From Octopus bimaculoides (lineage: Eukaryota), in assembly GCF_001194135.2 (NCBI RefSeq), contig NC_068998.1:32884088-32948087 (forward strand): a DNA stretch of 64,000 nt. Reading direction: 5' to 3'. The position numbers and the translations under genes were made by a program. The stretch's first letter is position 1, and every line of letters begins with the position of its first letter. A model generated the notes under the pieces. That model did not search any database. It worked only from the letters and a program-made list of their open reading frames with translations, and was not told the DNA's origin. Shown piece after piece: positions 23,092 to 34,950 of the stretch.

Positions 23092-24877
23092 ATTTTTGGT
23101 ACAGCAATTGCAGGAGAAATACCTAGCCAAAGATAAACCCCTATACTTAGCTTTTGTTGATTTGGAGAAAGCCTTTGACAGGGTCCCCCGATCTCTTATC
23201 TGGTGGGTGATGTGGAAACTGGGGATTGACGAGTGGTTAATAAGAGCTGCACAGGTCCTGTACTGGGATGCTGTTTGTAAGGTAAGGGTCAGCAATGAGT
23301 ATAGTGAAGAATTCCAGCTAGAAGTAGGGGTTCACTAAGGATCAGCCCTCAGCCCCCTCTTATTCATCATAGTCCTCCAGGCAATAACAGAAGAATTCAA
23401 GACAGGTTGCCCCTGGGAGATCCTCTAAGCTGATGACCTTGCTCTCATAGTGGAATCACCACCAGAACTAGAGAAGAAATTTCAGGTGTGGAAGCAAGGT
23501 TTAGAGTTAAAGGGCCTTAGAGGCAATGTTGCAAAAACCAAAGTCCTAGTAAGTAGGAAGGCGAACACATCACAAACCCCTTCAGGTAGGTGGCTCTGCT
23601 CAGTTGGTAGAAAAGGTGTAGGTAGAAACTCCATAAGATGTAATCAGTGTAAGTTATGGATGCATAAGAGGTGCAGCAACATCAAAGGGAGATTAACCAG
23701 GAGGATAGCTTTTGAGTGTGGCAGATGCACCGGAGCAATAAACAGTGCAGATGCTCAGAAAACTGATTCCATCACATGCCAGTGGAAGAAACTAGAAATA
23801 GTTGATAGCTTTTGCTACCTAGGTGACCAAGTCTATAATGGGGGTGGATGCTCAGAGAGCATTACCACTAGAATAAGAATAGCCTGAGCAAAGTTCAGAA
23901 AGCTCCTACCTCTACTGGTGACAAAAGGCCTCTTGCTCAGAGTGAAAGGTAGATTGTATGATGCATGTGTGCAAACCTCCATGCTACACAACAGTGAAAC
24001 ATGGGCCATGACTGCTGAAGACATGCGTAGGCTTGAGAGAAATGAAGCTATTATGATCCGCTGGATGTATATTGTCAGTGTGCACATATGACAGAATGTA
24101 AGCACCCTGAGAGAAATGTTGGACATAAGAAGCATCAAATGTGGTGTGCAAGAGAGACAACTGTGCTGGTATGGTCATGTGCTTCATATGGATGAGGAGA
24201 GCTGTGTGAAGAAGTGTTACTCCCTAACAGTGGAAGGAACCCGTGGAAGAGGGGAACCCAGGAAGACATGGGATGAGGTGGTGAAGCATGACCTTCGAAC
24301 GTTGGGCCTCATAGAAGCAATGATGAAAGACCGAGACCTCTGGAGATATGCTGTGATTGAGAAGACCCGGCAAGTAAAGTGAGATCACAGTGTTGCATAA
24401 CCAACTCATTTAAAAAGTACCTTTGAATCGTTGGGCGATATACCATGCTTGAGGAGACCTACTGAGTCAAGTAAAATCAAAATCAAAATCAAATCAAATC
24501 AAATCACAATCAATTGGAAATTATAGTTGTGGCCAATGCCAGTGCTGCTTAACTGACTCCTGTGCTGGTGGCATGCAATGAGCACCATGCATGTGTGGGT
24601 CATTGCCAGTGCCGCCTGAATGGCTCCCCGTGCCAGTGGCATGTAAAAAGCACCATCTGAATGTGGCTGATGCCAGTGTTGCCTGACTGGCTCCCATGCT
24701 GGTGGAATGTAAAAAGCACCCACTACATTCTCAGAGTGGTTGGCATTAGGAAGGGCATCCAACTGTGGAGACATTGCCTGATCAGATTGGAGCCTGGTGC
24801 GGCCTCCTGGCTTGCCAGTCCTCAGTTAAACCGTCCAACTCCATGGAAAACGGACGTTAAATGATGATGTTGATGAT
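23092..24877 (+). mobile_element. 5'-truncated RTE-clade LINE with complete 3' UTR and (GAT)n tail
   Basis: VQQLQEKYLAKDKPLYLAFVDLEKAFDRVP; Cys-rich insert CSVGRKGVGRNSIRCNQCKLWMHKRC; FCYLG; WYGHV; ends EKTRQVK*; tail ggacgttaaatgatgatg. Confidence 0.95.
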
Positions 24878-24891
24878 ATATATGTACATCT

Positions 24892-25254
24892 TATTTTAAT
24901 CTCTTTCTACTTGTGTCAGTCATTAGACTGCAGCTATGTTGCAGCATCACCTTGAAGAATCTCCAGTTGAATGCATTGACTCCAATACTTTTATTAAGCC
25001 CGGTACTTATTTTATCGATGTCTTTTGCTGAGTTGCTAGGTTACAGGGACATGAACACATCAACACTGGCTGTCAAGTGATGGTGCGGGACAAACACAGA
25101 AAGAAAGACACACACACACATACATATACAACAAGCTTCCATCTATCATATCCACTCACAAGGTCTTGGTTAGCTCAAGCCTGTAGTAGAAGACACATGC
25201 CCAAGATGCCATGCAGTGGGACTGAACCTGGAATCACACAGCCTTGCCTGCACT
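24892..25254 (-). mobile_element. tRNA-derived SINE family A
   Basis: Family tail and body; head gtgggactgaacc (reverse B-box GGTTCAGTCCC). Confidence 0.85.
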
Positions 25255-25331
25255 TACATGTATTTACATGTATGTATATATGCATTTATATATGAATACA
25301 TATACATACATACATACATACATATATATAC

Positions 25332-25386
<55 letters not shown>

Positions 25387-25538
25387 NNNNNNNNNNNNNN
25401 NNNNNNNNNNNNNNNNNNNNNNNNNNNNNNNNNNNNNNNNNNNNNNNNNNNNNNNNNNNNNNNNNNNNNNNNNNNNNNNNNNNNNNNNNNNNNNNNNNNN
25501 NNNNNNNNNNNNNNNNNNNNNNNNNNNNNNNNNNNNNN

Positions 25539-25588
<50 letters not shown>

Positions 25589-25590
25589 TA
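25255..25590. repeat. (TACA)n/(TA)n microsatellite spanning an assembly gap (N 25387-25538)
   Basis: Direct reading. Confidence 0.95.
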
Positions 25591-26539
25591 TAACTGAGCT
25601 TCCAAGTCCATAGAGTTGTGTGTAAATGATTGGTTTTTGTATAGACAAACTTCCTCTTAATATAATTCTTAGGTAGAGCCAACATCACAATGTGTGATGA
25701 AGCTGGACCTTTAACATGGAAAATCCATCCAATGGCCTTACTATTTCTGGTTGCAAAATTTCACTCTCAAAGTATGGTTCAGCCTGAGGCTATAAAACTA
25801 TACACTTGTCCAAGATAGCATGTAGTGGAATTTAAACTTGGAATTAATGAGTACAAAGTGAGCCTTTTAATGACTGAGCCAAGCAACACCTACATGATAT
25901 AAACATACGCATTTACATAAATCACTTTACTTTATTTGAACATTATATTACTTTATAACAAGTAGGTCTATATACCAATTACTTTCAGAACCTATGGCTA
26001 TAAGATTTTAATGAAACTTTTCATTTGTTATGTACCACCTACATTTTCCAAATTGTATTACAAATATGGCAACATCACTCTAGTAGTTTTTCATTCATGA
26101 ACATAAGCAGATAAACGTACACAGCATATTATGCTGATACACATTGGCACAGTAACAGAAGAAAAACTCAAAGCTAATCTGATTCTGTTAGCAGCAGAAT
26201 AGTTGTTTTTATACACCTTCTAATACATACTTTGATAAGAGATGTTTAAAAGAATCTTGTCACTCTAATCAACCTTTTCAATTTCTTCTATATACTATAT
26301 ACATTTTTGTATGTTTTACTAACTAGAAGCTTGTCTGGGTGATTTTATATTATATTTTGTTGAACTTATGTTGCAAATACAATGAGCTCTTTGTTTATTA
26401 ATTTCTTTTGCACAATATTGCTTGTGTAATATTTAAGCTGCTCCTTTCAGTACTTTCAAATAAGTGTTACCTTTGTAAGAAGATAACCATTGATTATTTT
26501 TCACAAATAAACAAATGTACATTCAGAAATGATAAAATG

Positions 26540-26670
26540 GGTGCTAGTCAGGCAGCCCTGGGCTCAGCCACAAACTATGATTTCACTTGGTTCAATGGTT
26601 CTTCACAAGCACCGCATATTGCCTAATGATTGAAAGGTGCTTTTAAATGGGCCTGTTATGTGACACTATA
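26540..26670 (-). mobile_element. Isolated RTE 3'-UTR unit fragment
   Basis: atgatttcacttggttcaatggttcttcacaagcaccgcatattgcc..ttgaaaggtgctttt matches the repeated units at 1955-2420. Confidence 0.65.
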
Positions 26671-26990
26671 TATGTTATATATATATATATATGTATATAT
26701 GTGTGTGTGTGTTTGTATATCTATTTTTATGTGTGTGTGTTTGTATATTTATTTTTATGTGTGTGTGTGTGTGTCTTTGTGTCTGTGTTTGTCCCCCACC
26801 ACTGCTTGACAAGCAGTGTTGGTGTGTTTATATTCCCGTAACTTAGCAGTTCAGCAAAATAGATTGATGGAATAAATACCAGGATTTAAAAAAAAAATAC
26901 AAGTCCTGGGGTCAATGTGTTTGACTAAAAGCCCTTCAAAATGGTGCTCCAGCAGTCAAATGGCTGAAACAAGCAAAAGATAAAAGATAA
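26670..26990 (+). mobile_element. SINE family A, 3' half
   Basis: (TG)n, then tttgtcccccaccactgcttgacaag..gtcctggggtc..tggtgctccagc..ctgaaacaag. Confidence 0.85.
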
Positions 26991-27317
26991 AATATATGTT
27001 ACACAGAGGGTGTTCAGGCTAAAATTGATAGTTTGCATTAAAGGACAAGAAATGGCAATATCTCATCGAAGAATAAAAGTAGTTTTAAAAAATCCAGAAA
27101 TATCAGCCTTATTATGGCTCAGAGATAAGTTTACTCTTAGCAGCTTCCCTCTTTTCCAATATTTAGATGGCTTCCAGTCCTCCATATCAGCTAACATTTT
27201 CTCAACTGCAACTTTTAGTCTTTATGCTCTCCAATGCCATTAACTTTTTTTTATCAATTCATCAAGCCTTTCCTGTAAAAGTGAGAACATCCTATATCTG
27301 ACAAAGGTACATATGTG

Positions 27318-27372
<55 letters not shown>

Positions 27373-27942
27373 CACACATGACAAAGCCATGTATATCTGC
27401 TCTGCTCAGATTACCTGATTGGTAAAACAAATTTCACGCTAGCTTGTTTTGTTTGAGTGGTTTGAAGTAGAAAAGTTTTCCCATGCACCTTTCCTATTTC
27501 CTTGCAAAATATATGAAAGATAATTGAATTGTGAATTAAATGAGAAAAATTGTAAACATGACTTACTGTATAACAGTAAGATGTTGTTGTTATTGTTGTG
27601 GTTGTTATTTACTTCCCTATCAGCCCAGGTTCATCAGACCTGTGTATAATGGTACTCTAGTTGTGACTAACAAGTGTTATTATTAAGATATTAGCATGTA
27701 ATTTGTGGAGGATTTATTTACTATTTCTAGCAGGTTGAGGAACCTGCATCTCTACATAACATAGAACTTAATGGTCTGCATTTAAGTTGCTGCATTAAAA
27801 ATAAGTTATTGGTAGTATGAGGTAAACTGACAACTTTAGTGTACAAAGTTAGAATTCAGAGAATCAGTGAATCAATGGAAATATATTAGCAACAATATTT
27901 TCTCTAAACCCTGACTGAAAATTAGGTTTGTGTTCAATAATG

Positions 27943-28385
27943 AATATTGGTTTCAGTTTTGGCACAAAACCAGCATTTTGGGGAAAGGGGTAAGTCAATT
28001 ACATTGACCCCCTCCCCACCAGTGCTCAACAGGTATTTATTTTATCAACCCCAGAAGGATGAAAGGCAAAGTTGACCTTGGAAGAATTTGAATTCAAAAT
28101 GTAAAGATGGATGAAATGTCTCTAAGCATTTTGCCCAGTGTGTTAACAATTCTGTCAGCTTGCCACCTTGATCGTAGTAAATATTGGTTTCAAATTTTGG
28201 CACAAGGCCAGCAATTTCAGAGGCAGGAATAAATTAATTACATTTATATCAGTATTCGACTGATACTTATTCTATTGACACCAAAAAGGATGAAAGACAA
28301 AATCAATCTCGGCAGAATTTGAACTCAGAACATAAAGATGGATGAAATATTGCTAAGCATTTTGCCTCTCAGTTTGCCACCTTGA
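27943..28385 (-). mobile_element. Tandem pair of SINE family B (27943-28169 and 28181-28383)
   Basis: Two successive copies of atattggtttca..ggcacaa..aaggatgaaag.caaa..gaatttgaa.tca..taagcattttgcc..ttgccaccttg. Confidence 0.9.
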
Positions 28386-30930
28386 CTGTAGTAAATGTTA
28401 ATAATAAATATAATCAATGAAGTAATTTATAAAAGATGTGAATGTGCTGAAGAACACATTAGATATTCTCTGTGAATGGAAATTTCCATCATAGTTGTGG
28501 GAAGGAAACTAAACCCTAATGGTAATCATTAATGTTTTGTAATAAAAGATTTTTTTATCATGCTTGAGAGAAAAATCAGATCTTTGTTAGCTGTAGAATT
28601 GACAAAAAGTATGTGTTTTAGAATTACTGAATCTCCTCAGTGTAGCAGAGTGATACTGAACCCATTTGATCAATAGAGCAGTAAGTTTTTACACATAGTA
28701 CATTGATTTTTGACTAGCAGTAAGTTGTTTAAGATTAAGCAAAATTGGGTAAATTTAGTATACTCGTATATACACTTGATTTATCAAGAATAAATGTCAT
28801 AGTCTTATTTGACCTATTTACTTTAGTACAATTTTGCTTTATAATATTCAAATTATTGTAGTTCAAAACATTCTCCTGATTCTTTTCTGTTCATGTAAAC
28901 ATTACTGTCAACCATACCAAGTTGATTCATGCTCACAATGTTACAGTGGTGAGGTTCAGTAAGTTTGAAACATGGTCATTACTGTCACCGTTCTTGCTTA
29001 CAAATGTCAGATTTTCCTTCAAGCATAATAATTAATTCCCTGAAATTAATCTTCATCTGATAGCATTGAAATGACAATCTTCCTTATCAAATTTTTGTTG
29101 GCTTCTTCATTCAAAAGCACCCAGCTCATGAACATTCTATCCTTTATTTTCTAGTCATAGTGTACTTCAGATTATATTCTTCAATGTGACTATTAAAGTG
29201 TTGAAAAAGGCCTTTTTATGACATTTCCTTGTTAGAGTTTGGAAACTGAAAGATAATGATTACTAAGTATAGTAATATTTCATTTAAAATATGCATGCTA
29301 TAAATATATCCTGTTATGGATATGATTTCAGTCAAACTCTTGGGAGATAAATGAACTCAGCAAAGAGATCCAGAAAAGAATGACTTTTGCATTATACTGC
29401 AACAGCCTGCTTATGTTGTGCTGAACTTATTGTTGGTGATTATCAATGTTCTTTCACATTGATTACATTATTGTCACACATTTGATGTACATATAAGGAA
29501 AAATCTCACAATCTTTTACTTTTCAGGCATAATGTATTCTGAATTATATCATGTATGCTTATCTAAACAAAATATCGATTATATGATGTAGGTTTTAGTA
29601 CAACCACGAATAGGAATGTTCCAGCAACTGAGGGTGGAGGAGAATTAAAAAAATGAAATTTAGAAGACCTTTAAGTATAATGCAAAATATATCTATAAGC
29701 ATGTCAACCATACTTAACTCAGAGTTTGAGATAATTCAGCCGCTGCTATTTAGGTTCAGTATGACAATTCTGATAGAACATCTAAGCTTTTATTTGTTGT
29801 CATTCAATGAATATGATTATGATTGGATTTAAAACCTAACCATATAAAAGAAAAACATCCGTTTGGATTTGCAAAATAAGAATTGACCCCTATATTAAGC
29901 AGTGTCACAAGCTTTAAAATTCAAGCTTACTTATTGACACATTTAGGATTTTCTTTATCAACTCAAGATATTTTATATATTTGATTTACTTTTTTACATT
30001 ATGTTTATGTGAATTGTGATTTTCTTCACCCACTAGCAATTAAAAGTTACTTTTAAATAAAAGTGATTTATAAATAAATGAGTATACATTTATTTAGAAG
30101 TCATCTTAACAGAAGACTTTACTAAAGGGCATCAAGTATATGTTTCTCATTGATAATGGCTTCATCTGTTGAATAAGTACTTGATAATTTTTTATTGCAA
30201 ATGCAAACACATGCATGCATACATACACATGCACATATTAGATGAGTTTTGCTGAGTTAACTCTGTTTTGATTCTTAGAGCATCTGAGCATAAACTCTGT
30301 ATTCTGATTCTCTTATAAGCGAAACAATTACCTTTATAAAACTTACACACTACACTTTCTTAAATATTAAGAGCCTTATTTTGTATTCATAAAGTTTTTT
30401 CTTACACACACACACACACACACACACACGCATGCATCTGTTTTTACTTAATGCTTTGAAATAGTTTTATTGCTTTTAAAATTTGCTGCTAAAAATGTTT
30501 GGGAACAACTGACCTAGACTTTCTTTGTAGATCATCATTGTAGATGTTCAGTACAGACCACAGACGGGGAAGCTTTGCAGTAACAAGGGTGAATTGCAAA
30601 TGCATAAAACCCTGTAGTATTGCATTTGCACTGAAATTATATACATTATAAATGATATAAATTAATACAATATTCTTTAGCTCATAGGAATGCAGTTTAA
30701 ATTATTGTTTTGGTTTTAATATGGAATCTTAGAAATGTTATCTGCAGATAGTTTCAAACTCTGATTGACCTTCAGCTGTGTATCTCTCTCTAAATAGATA
30801 ATCGTCACTACAGACAACTCAGTAGGCTATCATCCCTGTACATTATCACTTTGAACCAACGTTACTATAGACTCTCTTTAAGATATGACAATGATGTAGG
30901 TCATCACTCTAAGATAGCATTACTGTAGAC

Positions 30931-31070
30931 CATCATTACTATGTAACATCATTACTATGTAACATCATTACTATGTAACATCATTACTATGTAACATCAT
31001 TACTATGTAACATCATTACTATGTAACATCATTACTATGTAACATCATTACTATGTAACATCATTACTAT
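30931..31070. repeat. Perfect 16-bp minisatellite (CATCATTACTATGTAA)x8.75
   Basis: Identical units start at 30931, 30947 and so on up to 31059; degenerate related units lie upstream (30795-30930). Confidence 0.95.
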
Positions 31071-32772
31071 ATGCCTTCAACAATACTGACCAACATTTTC
31101 AAATCAGTTTCTACCAGAACCCTCTTTAAGAAATGTTCAGTGAGAAGCCATTGGAGGTTTTGTTTGAAATAGTCTATTTTAATTAATTAACTGCAAAATC
31201 ATTTTTGTCACGTTTTTTTTTAAATTTAATTTTATATTTGTAATTTTAATGTGCAGGCATGGTTATGTAGTTAAGAAATTCAGCTCATAATAATGTAGTT
31301 TTAGTTTTGGGGTCAATCTTTCATTTATTTCCAGGTAAATGAAAAGTTTGTGCAAAGCTCATTGTGTGTATCAGTATGAATATTGGATTGTGTGTCTGAA
31401 ACTTTGAGTTTCAGCAAAAGAAACTGATGGAATAGTTACTAGACTTAAATTAAGTACTGACATCCCTAAAATACATTTATATGGAAAATATTCAAGTATT
31501 TTGATATGTTTCTAAATGCATTTCATTGATTATTATCTGCAGCTTGCATATTCAACAGTCTGTCTTTAACTTTGGTGATTGTTTATCACATTCAGTTCTG
31601 CTTTAGAAATATTTAGCAAATGCAAGTTGCATGGAGAGAAGTGATGGTAATTTGACAGTTTCAAACTCTATGAAACAAATTGATTGAGTAACAATTGGAA
31701 CATAGTCATAGATAATATCCTCATTATCTATCAAATAGCGAGCAGTCAGATTGTCCCACCACCATCAATGACTTTTGGTAATTGATATAATAGAACATAT
31801 ATTTGATACATTTACTGAAACATTATAGGACTGCCATTCCAAAATCCATGATTCTTGTCATTCCTATTTATACTCACTGAATAATAACCAAAATAATATA
31901 TACACAGGAAATAAGCTCTGACACAGAATGGCTCCTTAAAACTAGAATACAATAATTTAAGATGACTACAATGATAATTCTTCTTCAGATAAGTAATTAT
32001 CACATTCACAAAATAACTGGACAGTAAGATTAGAAAAAGTTCAGTTGGTCACTATTCACCAAATAAATAGCCAACTTACAGATAACTTTGTGGTTTATTT
32101 GGCTCTTTCCTGCTTGTTTCCTGTTGTTTTTAATTTCTGCTTTGGCTGGTTTTCAGATTCAAGCACTCAATTTATTAGTCTTAAATATGTTGGTTAGTCA
32201 TGGTTCCATGTGAATTAGATGTATTATAGATTATTAGTTTTCATTTGATTAATGGTTGCTGTTCTATTAAGAGAGAGCACTGACCTTTTTCCAGGAAATA
32301 TTAATAACCAATTAACTAATCCTGTCCAATATTTACTTTTGCATTGAAGTTAACATGCTTGCGTATATATTTACAAATACATAAGGATTTATATATAGCT
32401 TTATGTGTATACATTTATGCATCTATATATGTATATGCAAATGTGTGTATATGCACTTGTATTTACAGGGTAAAACTTTTCTTATAACATACTTTATTGA
32501 AAACGAGAGTATATTTGGGTTTTAATTTTTTTAATTAAAGATTTTTCATATTTCCTTATTAATACTTTATGGTTAGCTTTGAGTAATAGCATTCTTAATT
32601 CCATCAATATTTTGAGATGCCCCATGTTCTATAGGAAGTGGTGGTGGTGACATTTTACTACCGCATTTTGTGGTAGGCAGCAAGGTGTCATGGAAATGGT
32701 TATGGAAGTTAAAATTCATAACTACTACTTTCATTTGGCGTGTGTCTATGTGTGTATTGATATTTTTATGTA

Positions 32773-32862
<90 letters not shown>

Positions 32863-32889
32863 TATATATATATATGTATATGTATGTAT

Positions 32890-33050
32890 GTATATGTATG
32901 TATATACATGTATGCATATAGCTGAAATTTTTTGAAAAACAAAAGATGAAGACAGGTGTATGAACAACAAACAAGTGTATTAGTTTGACATGCAGGGAAA
33001 ATGAAAAGCTCTTACGTTTTGAGACTATGCTCTTCAACAAAAAGGAATAA
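32890..33050 (-). mobile_element. Probable PLE terminal repeat (pLTR) with degenerate minimal hammerhead motif
   Basis: Minus strand TTGAAGA-G catagt CTC-AAAAC-GTA at about 33012-33038, in the same orientation as and downstream of the PLE ORF at 33700-34700. Confidence 0.5.
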
Positions 33051-33699
33051 GAGAAAATAAACAGAGAGAGAATGAAAAAAACTTATAGATTTCAGCAGAC
33101 CAACATGGCAAATGATTGGAAAAAAAGAGGTTTAAAAAAAGCGGCTGAATGAAAGGGAGATAATAAAGTGCTAGTGATCCCAACGAGAGAAGGTGCGCAT
33201 GCGTGTATATGTATATGAGAATGGTGTGTGAGAGTGTGTGTGTGTGTGAATAGAAGCGAGTGAGGCCATTGTGTGTGAGTGTGTGCATGTGTAACATGTG
33301 TGTGTGTGTTGTGTGTAGCAGTTGATGTGTGCTTTTTCACGTGGTGTGTGCACATGTGTGTGTGTGTCTGTGACCAAATAGTGTGCATGTGTATGGTGTA
33401 TATATGTGGGCGAAAGTTATCTTTGTCTATGTAGATTGTGTGTGTTTATGTGTGTTACATGTGTATGTATATATAGCCTGTGTTCAGGTATTATGTACTT
33501 GTGTGGGTGTGGGAGTATTTATTGTCTGTGTTCAGGTATTGCATGGTTGTGGGAGTGTGGAAGTGTGCAGGGTGTGTGGTGTTTGCAGTGAGTTAAACAG
33601 TGTGTGGTTGCTCATATAGTGGTATGTGTGGCGATGCCATTGAAGATTGTGTGTGGGTGTGTAGATGATGTGTGTTGTGGGTACTGAGAAGTGGTCAGT

Positions 33700-34700
33700 G
33701 CTAGTGTGTGTGGAGTGGTGTGGCGTTGGTATCAAGTGAAGAGAGGAGGTGAAGTTTGTGCCAGATGTAGAGAGGAGGTGAGTTGAGCCTATCTGGTGCA
33801 AAGGAGTGAAGGCAGGAGTCCAGAAGGCCCCTGTGCAAAGACAGTCTGAACACAGAGAGATGTTGTTATGAATGACCAGTAGAGAGGAAATGGTGCAAGA
33901 CCAGGCTGTCATTGCTGAGTCTGATGTCTCAGAAGTGCTCCACGAACTGGTCAGCCAAGGAAGGACAGAGAGAGCAGGAGATTCAGTAAATGATGTTACT
34001 AGAAGTGCAGGTAAAGGAGTTGGTGATGTGATGGGGGTGATATTGGGTGCCTGTGTGGATGGTGGTGTTGGAGAGGTAGGGGCAATTGCAACAGCATGGG
34101 CAGGAGCAGGGGAATGAGCCAGGCTGGGAAGTGGGGTTAGGGAAGAAAATGTGGACCAGGAGGTCACACAGGCTATGGGCTCGTTTGAAGGAGGGAAGGG
34201 GAAGATGTGTGAGGTGGGGGGTTGGACTGGAGTTGCTGGAAGGCTCAGAGAATAGTGCATTGGTGGGGTAGGGTGGAGGGGTGGTAAGTGAGTGTAAATG
34301 GGAGATGGGCAACAGTGAGGTGGGTGCGAAGAGAAAGAGCAGAGGCACGGTCCACAGATTGTACCCTGGCAAGAGCAGTGTGGATAGCGGTGAGGTGATA
34401 TCCACGTAGGATGGTGAGCCATGAATTGAGACTGAGTCTCAAAGTCATGGTTGTCACTGCAGAGCCTGCACAGATGGAAGAATTGAGAGTAGGGGATGGA
34501 GAACTTGGTGTGAGTAGAGTGGGAGGATGAGAAGTTAAGGTAGGAGTGTGAATCAGTGTGTTTGTAGTGGATGGTGTATTCTGACAGAAATGTTGAGAAA
34601 TTTGACAGAAGAGTTGGAGATAGTGCAGGAGAATTTCAGGGCAGAATGGAAGTATTGGACAAAAGGAGCCTAATTGTTTGTGGAGAGTGTTTGCAACCAT
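33700..34700 (-). mobile_element. Penelope-like element: RT motif 7/thumb plus GIY-YIG endonuclease, frameshifted, 5'-truncated
   Basis: FHSALKFSCTISNSSVKFLNISV; LRGYHLTAIHTALARVQSVDRASAL; LPFTLTYHP; PLPSFKRAHSLCDLLVH; PGSFPCSCPCCCNCPYL..SFTCTSSNIIYCISC..EHF*DIR..HFLSTGH..FAPDRLN. Confidence 0.9.
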
Positions 34701-34721
34701 ATATGTATGTATGTATGTATA

Positions 34722-34950
34722 TGTGTATCCAGCATGAAGAATTTAAGCGAGCTGCGAGAAAGTGCACGGCTCGTATAGTGAATGGGGAAAGCTTAATCTG
34801 CAATGTTTGCAATCGTGTATGCTTATCAAGAGCAAGGCTCATTAGCTACCAACGGAGCCGTAAATGCAAAATGTAAGTTAGTACTAGAGCGCAGAATGTT
34901 CCTGAAGGTCGGCAATGGTCTTCCTCGGTCACGAGTGGACGGCCATCATG
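34722..34950 (+). mobile_element. 3' end of a second RTE (BovB-like) family with C-terminal zinc finger
   Basis: LICNVCNRVCLSRARLISYQRS (CxxC..R.C.SR.GL.SH.R pattern), followed by a short CpG-rich UTR ggtcttcctcggtcacgagtggacggccatcat. Confidence 0.7.

Noticed and set aside
25216-25688. Long ORFs rich in YI/HT/CV dipeptides (also at 32573-33040, 38814-39058, 49133-49473 and 59499-60298)
   Set aside because: They are translations of (TA)n/(CA)n microsatellites and N gaps, not genes.
27000-27300. Tiny Tc1/mariner-like derivative with AGGGTGTTC/AGGATGTTC ends
   Set aside because: The TIR match is only about 9 bp and no convincing transposase motif is present.
28862-28958. Candidate 97-nt exon (AG..GTAAGT), Cys-rich frame or frame with three N-x-T sequons
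   Set aside because: The two competing frames give no recognisable homology, and the sequon frame has an in-frame TGA; consistent with chance.
29290-29660. Protein-like short frames after strong acceptors (SNSWEINELSKEIQKRM.., GIMYSELYH)
   Set aside because: They have in-frame stops or lack a usable donor, and the implied intron is only 46 nt.
30931-31070. CRISPR-like repeat array
   Set aside because: The units are contiguous with no spacers, and the context is eukaryotic.
33532-34422. 296-aa Pro/Ser/Thr/His-rich ORF resembling a mucin
   Set aside because: It is an alternative frame of the C-rich Penelope coding strand plus low-complexity UTR; the real motifs lie in other frames.
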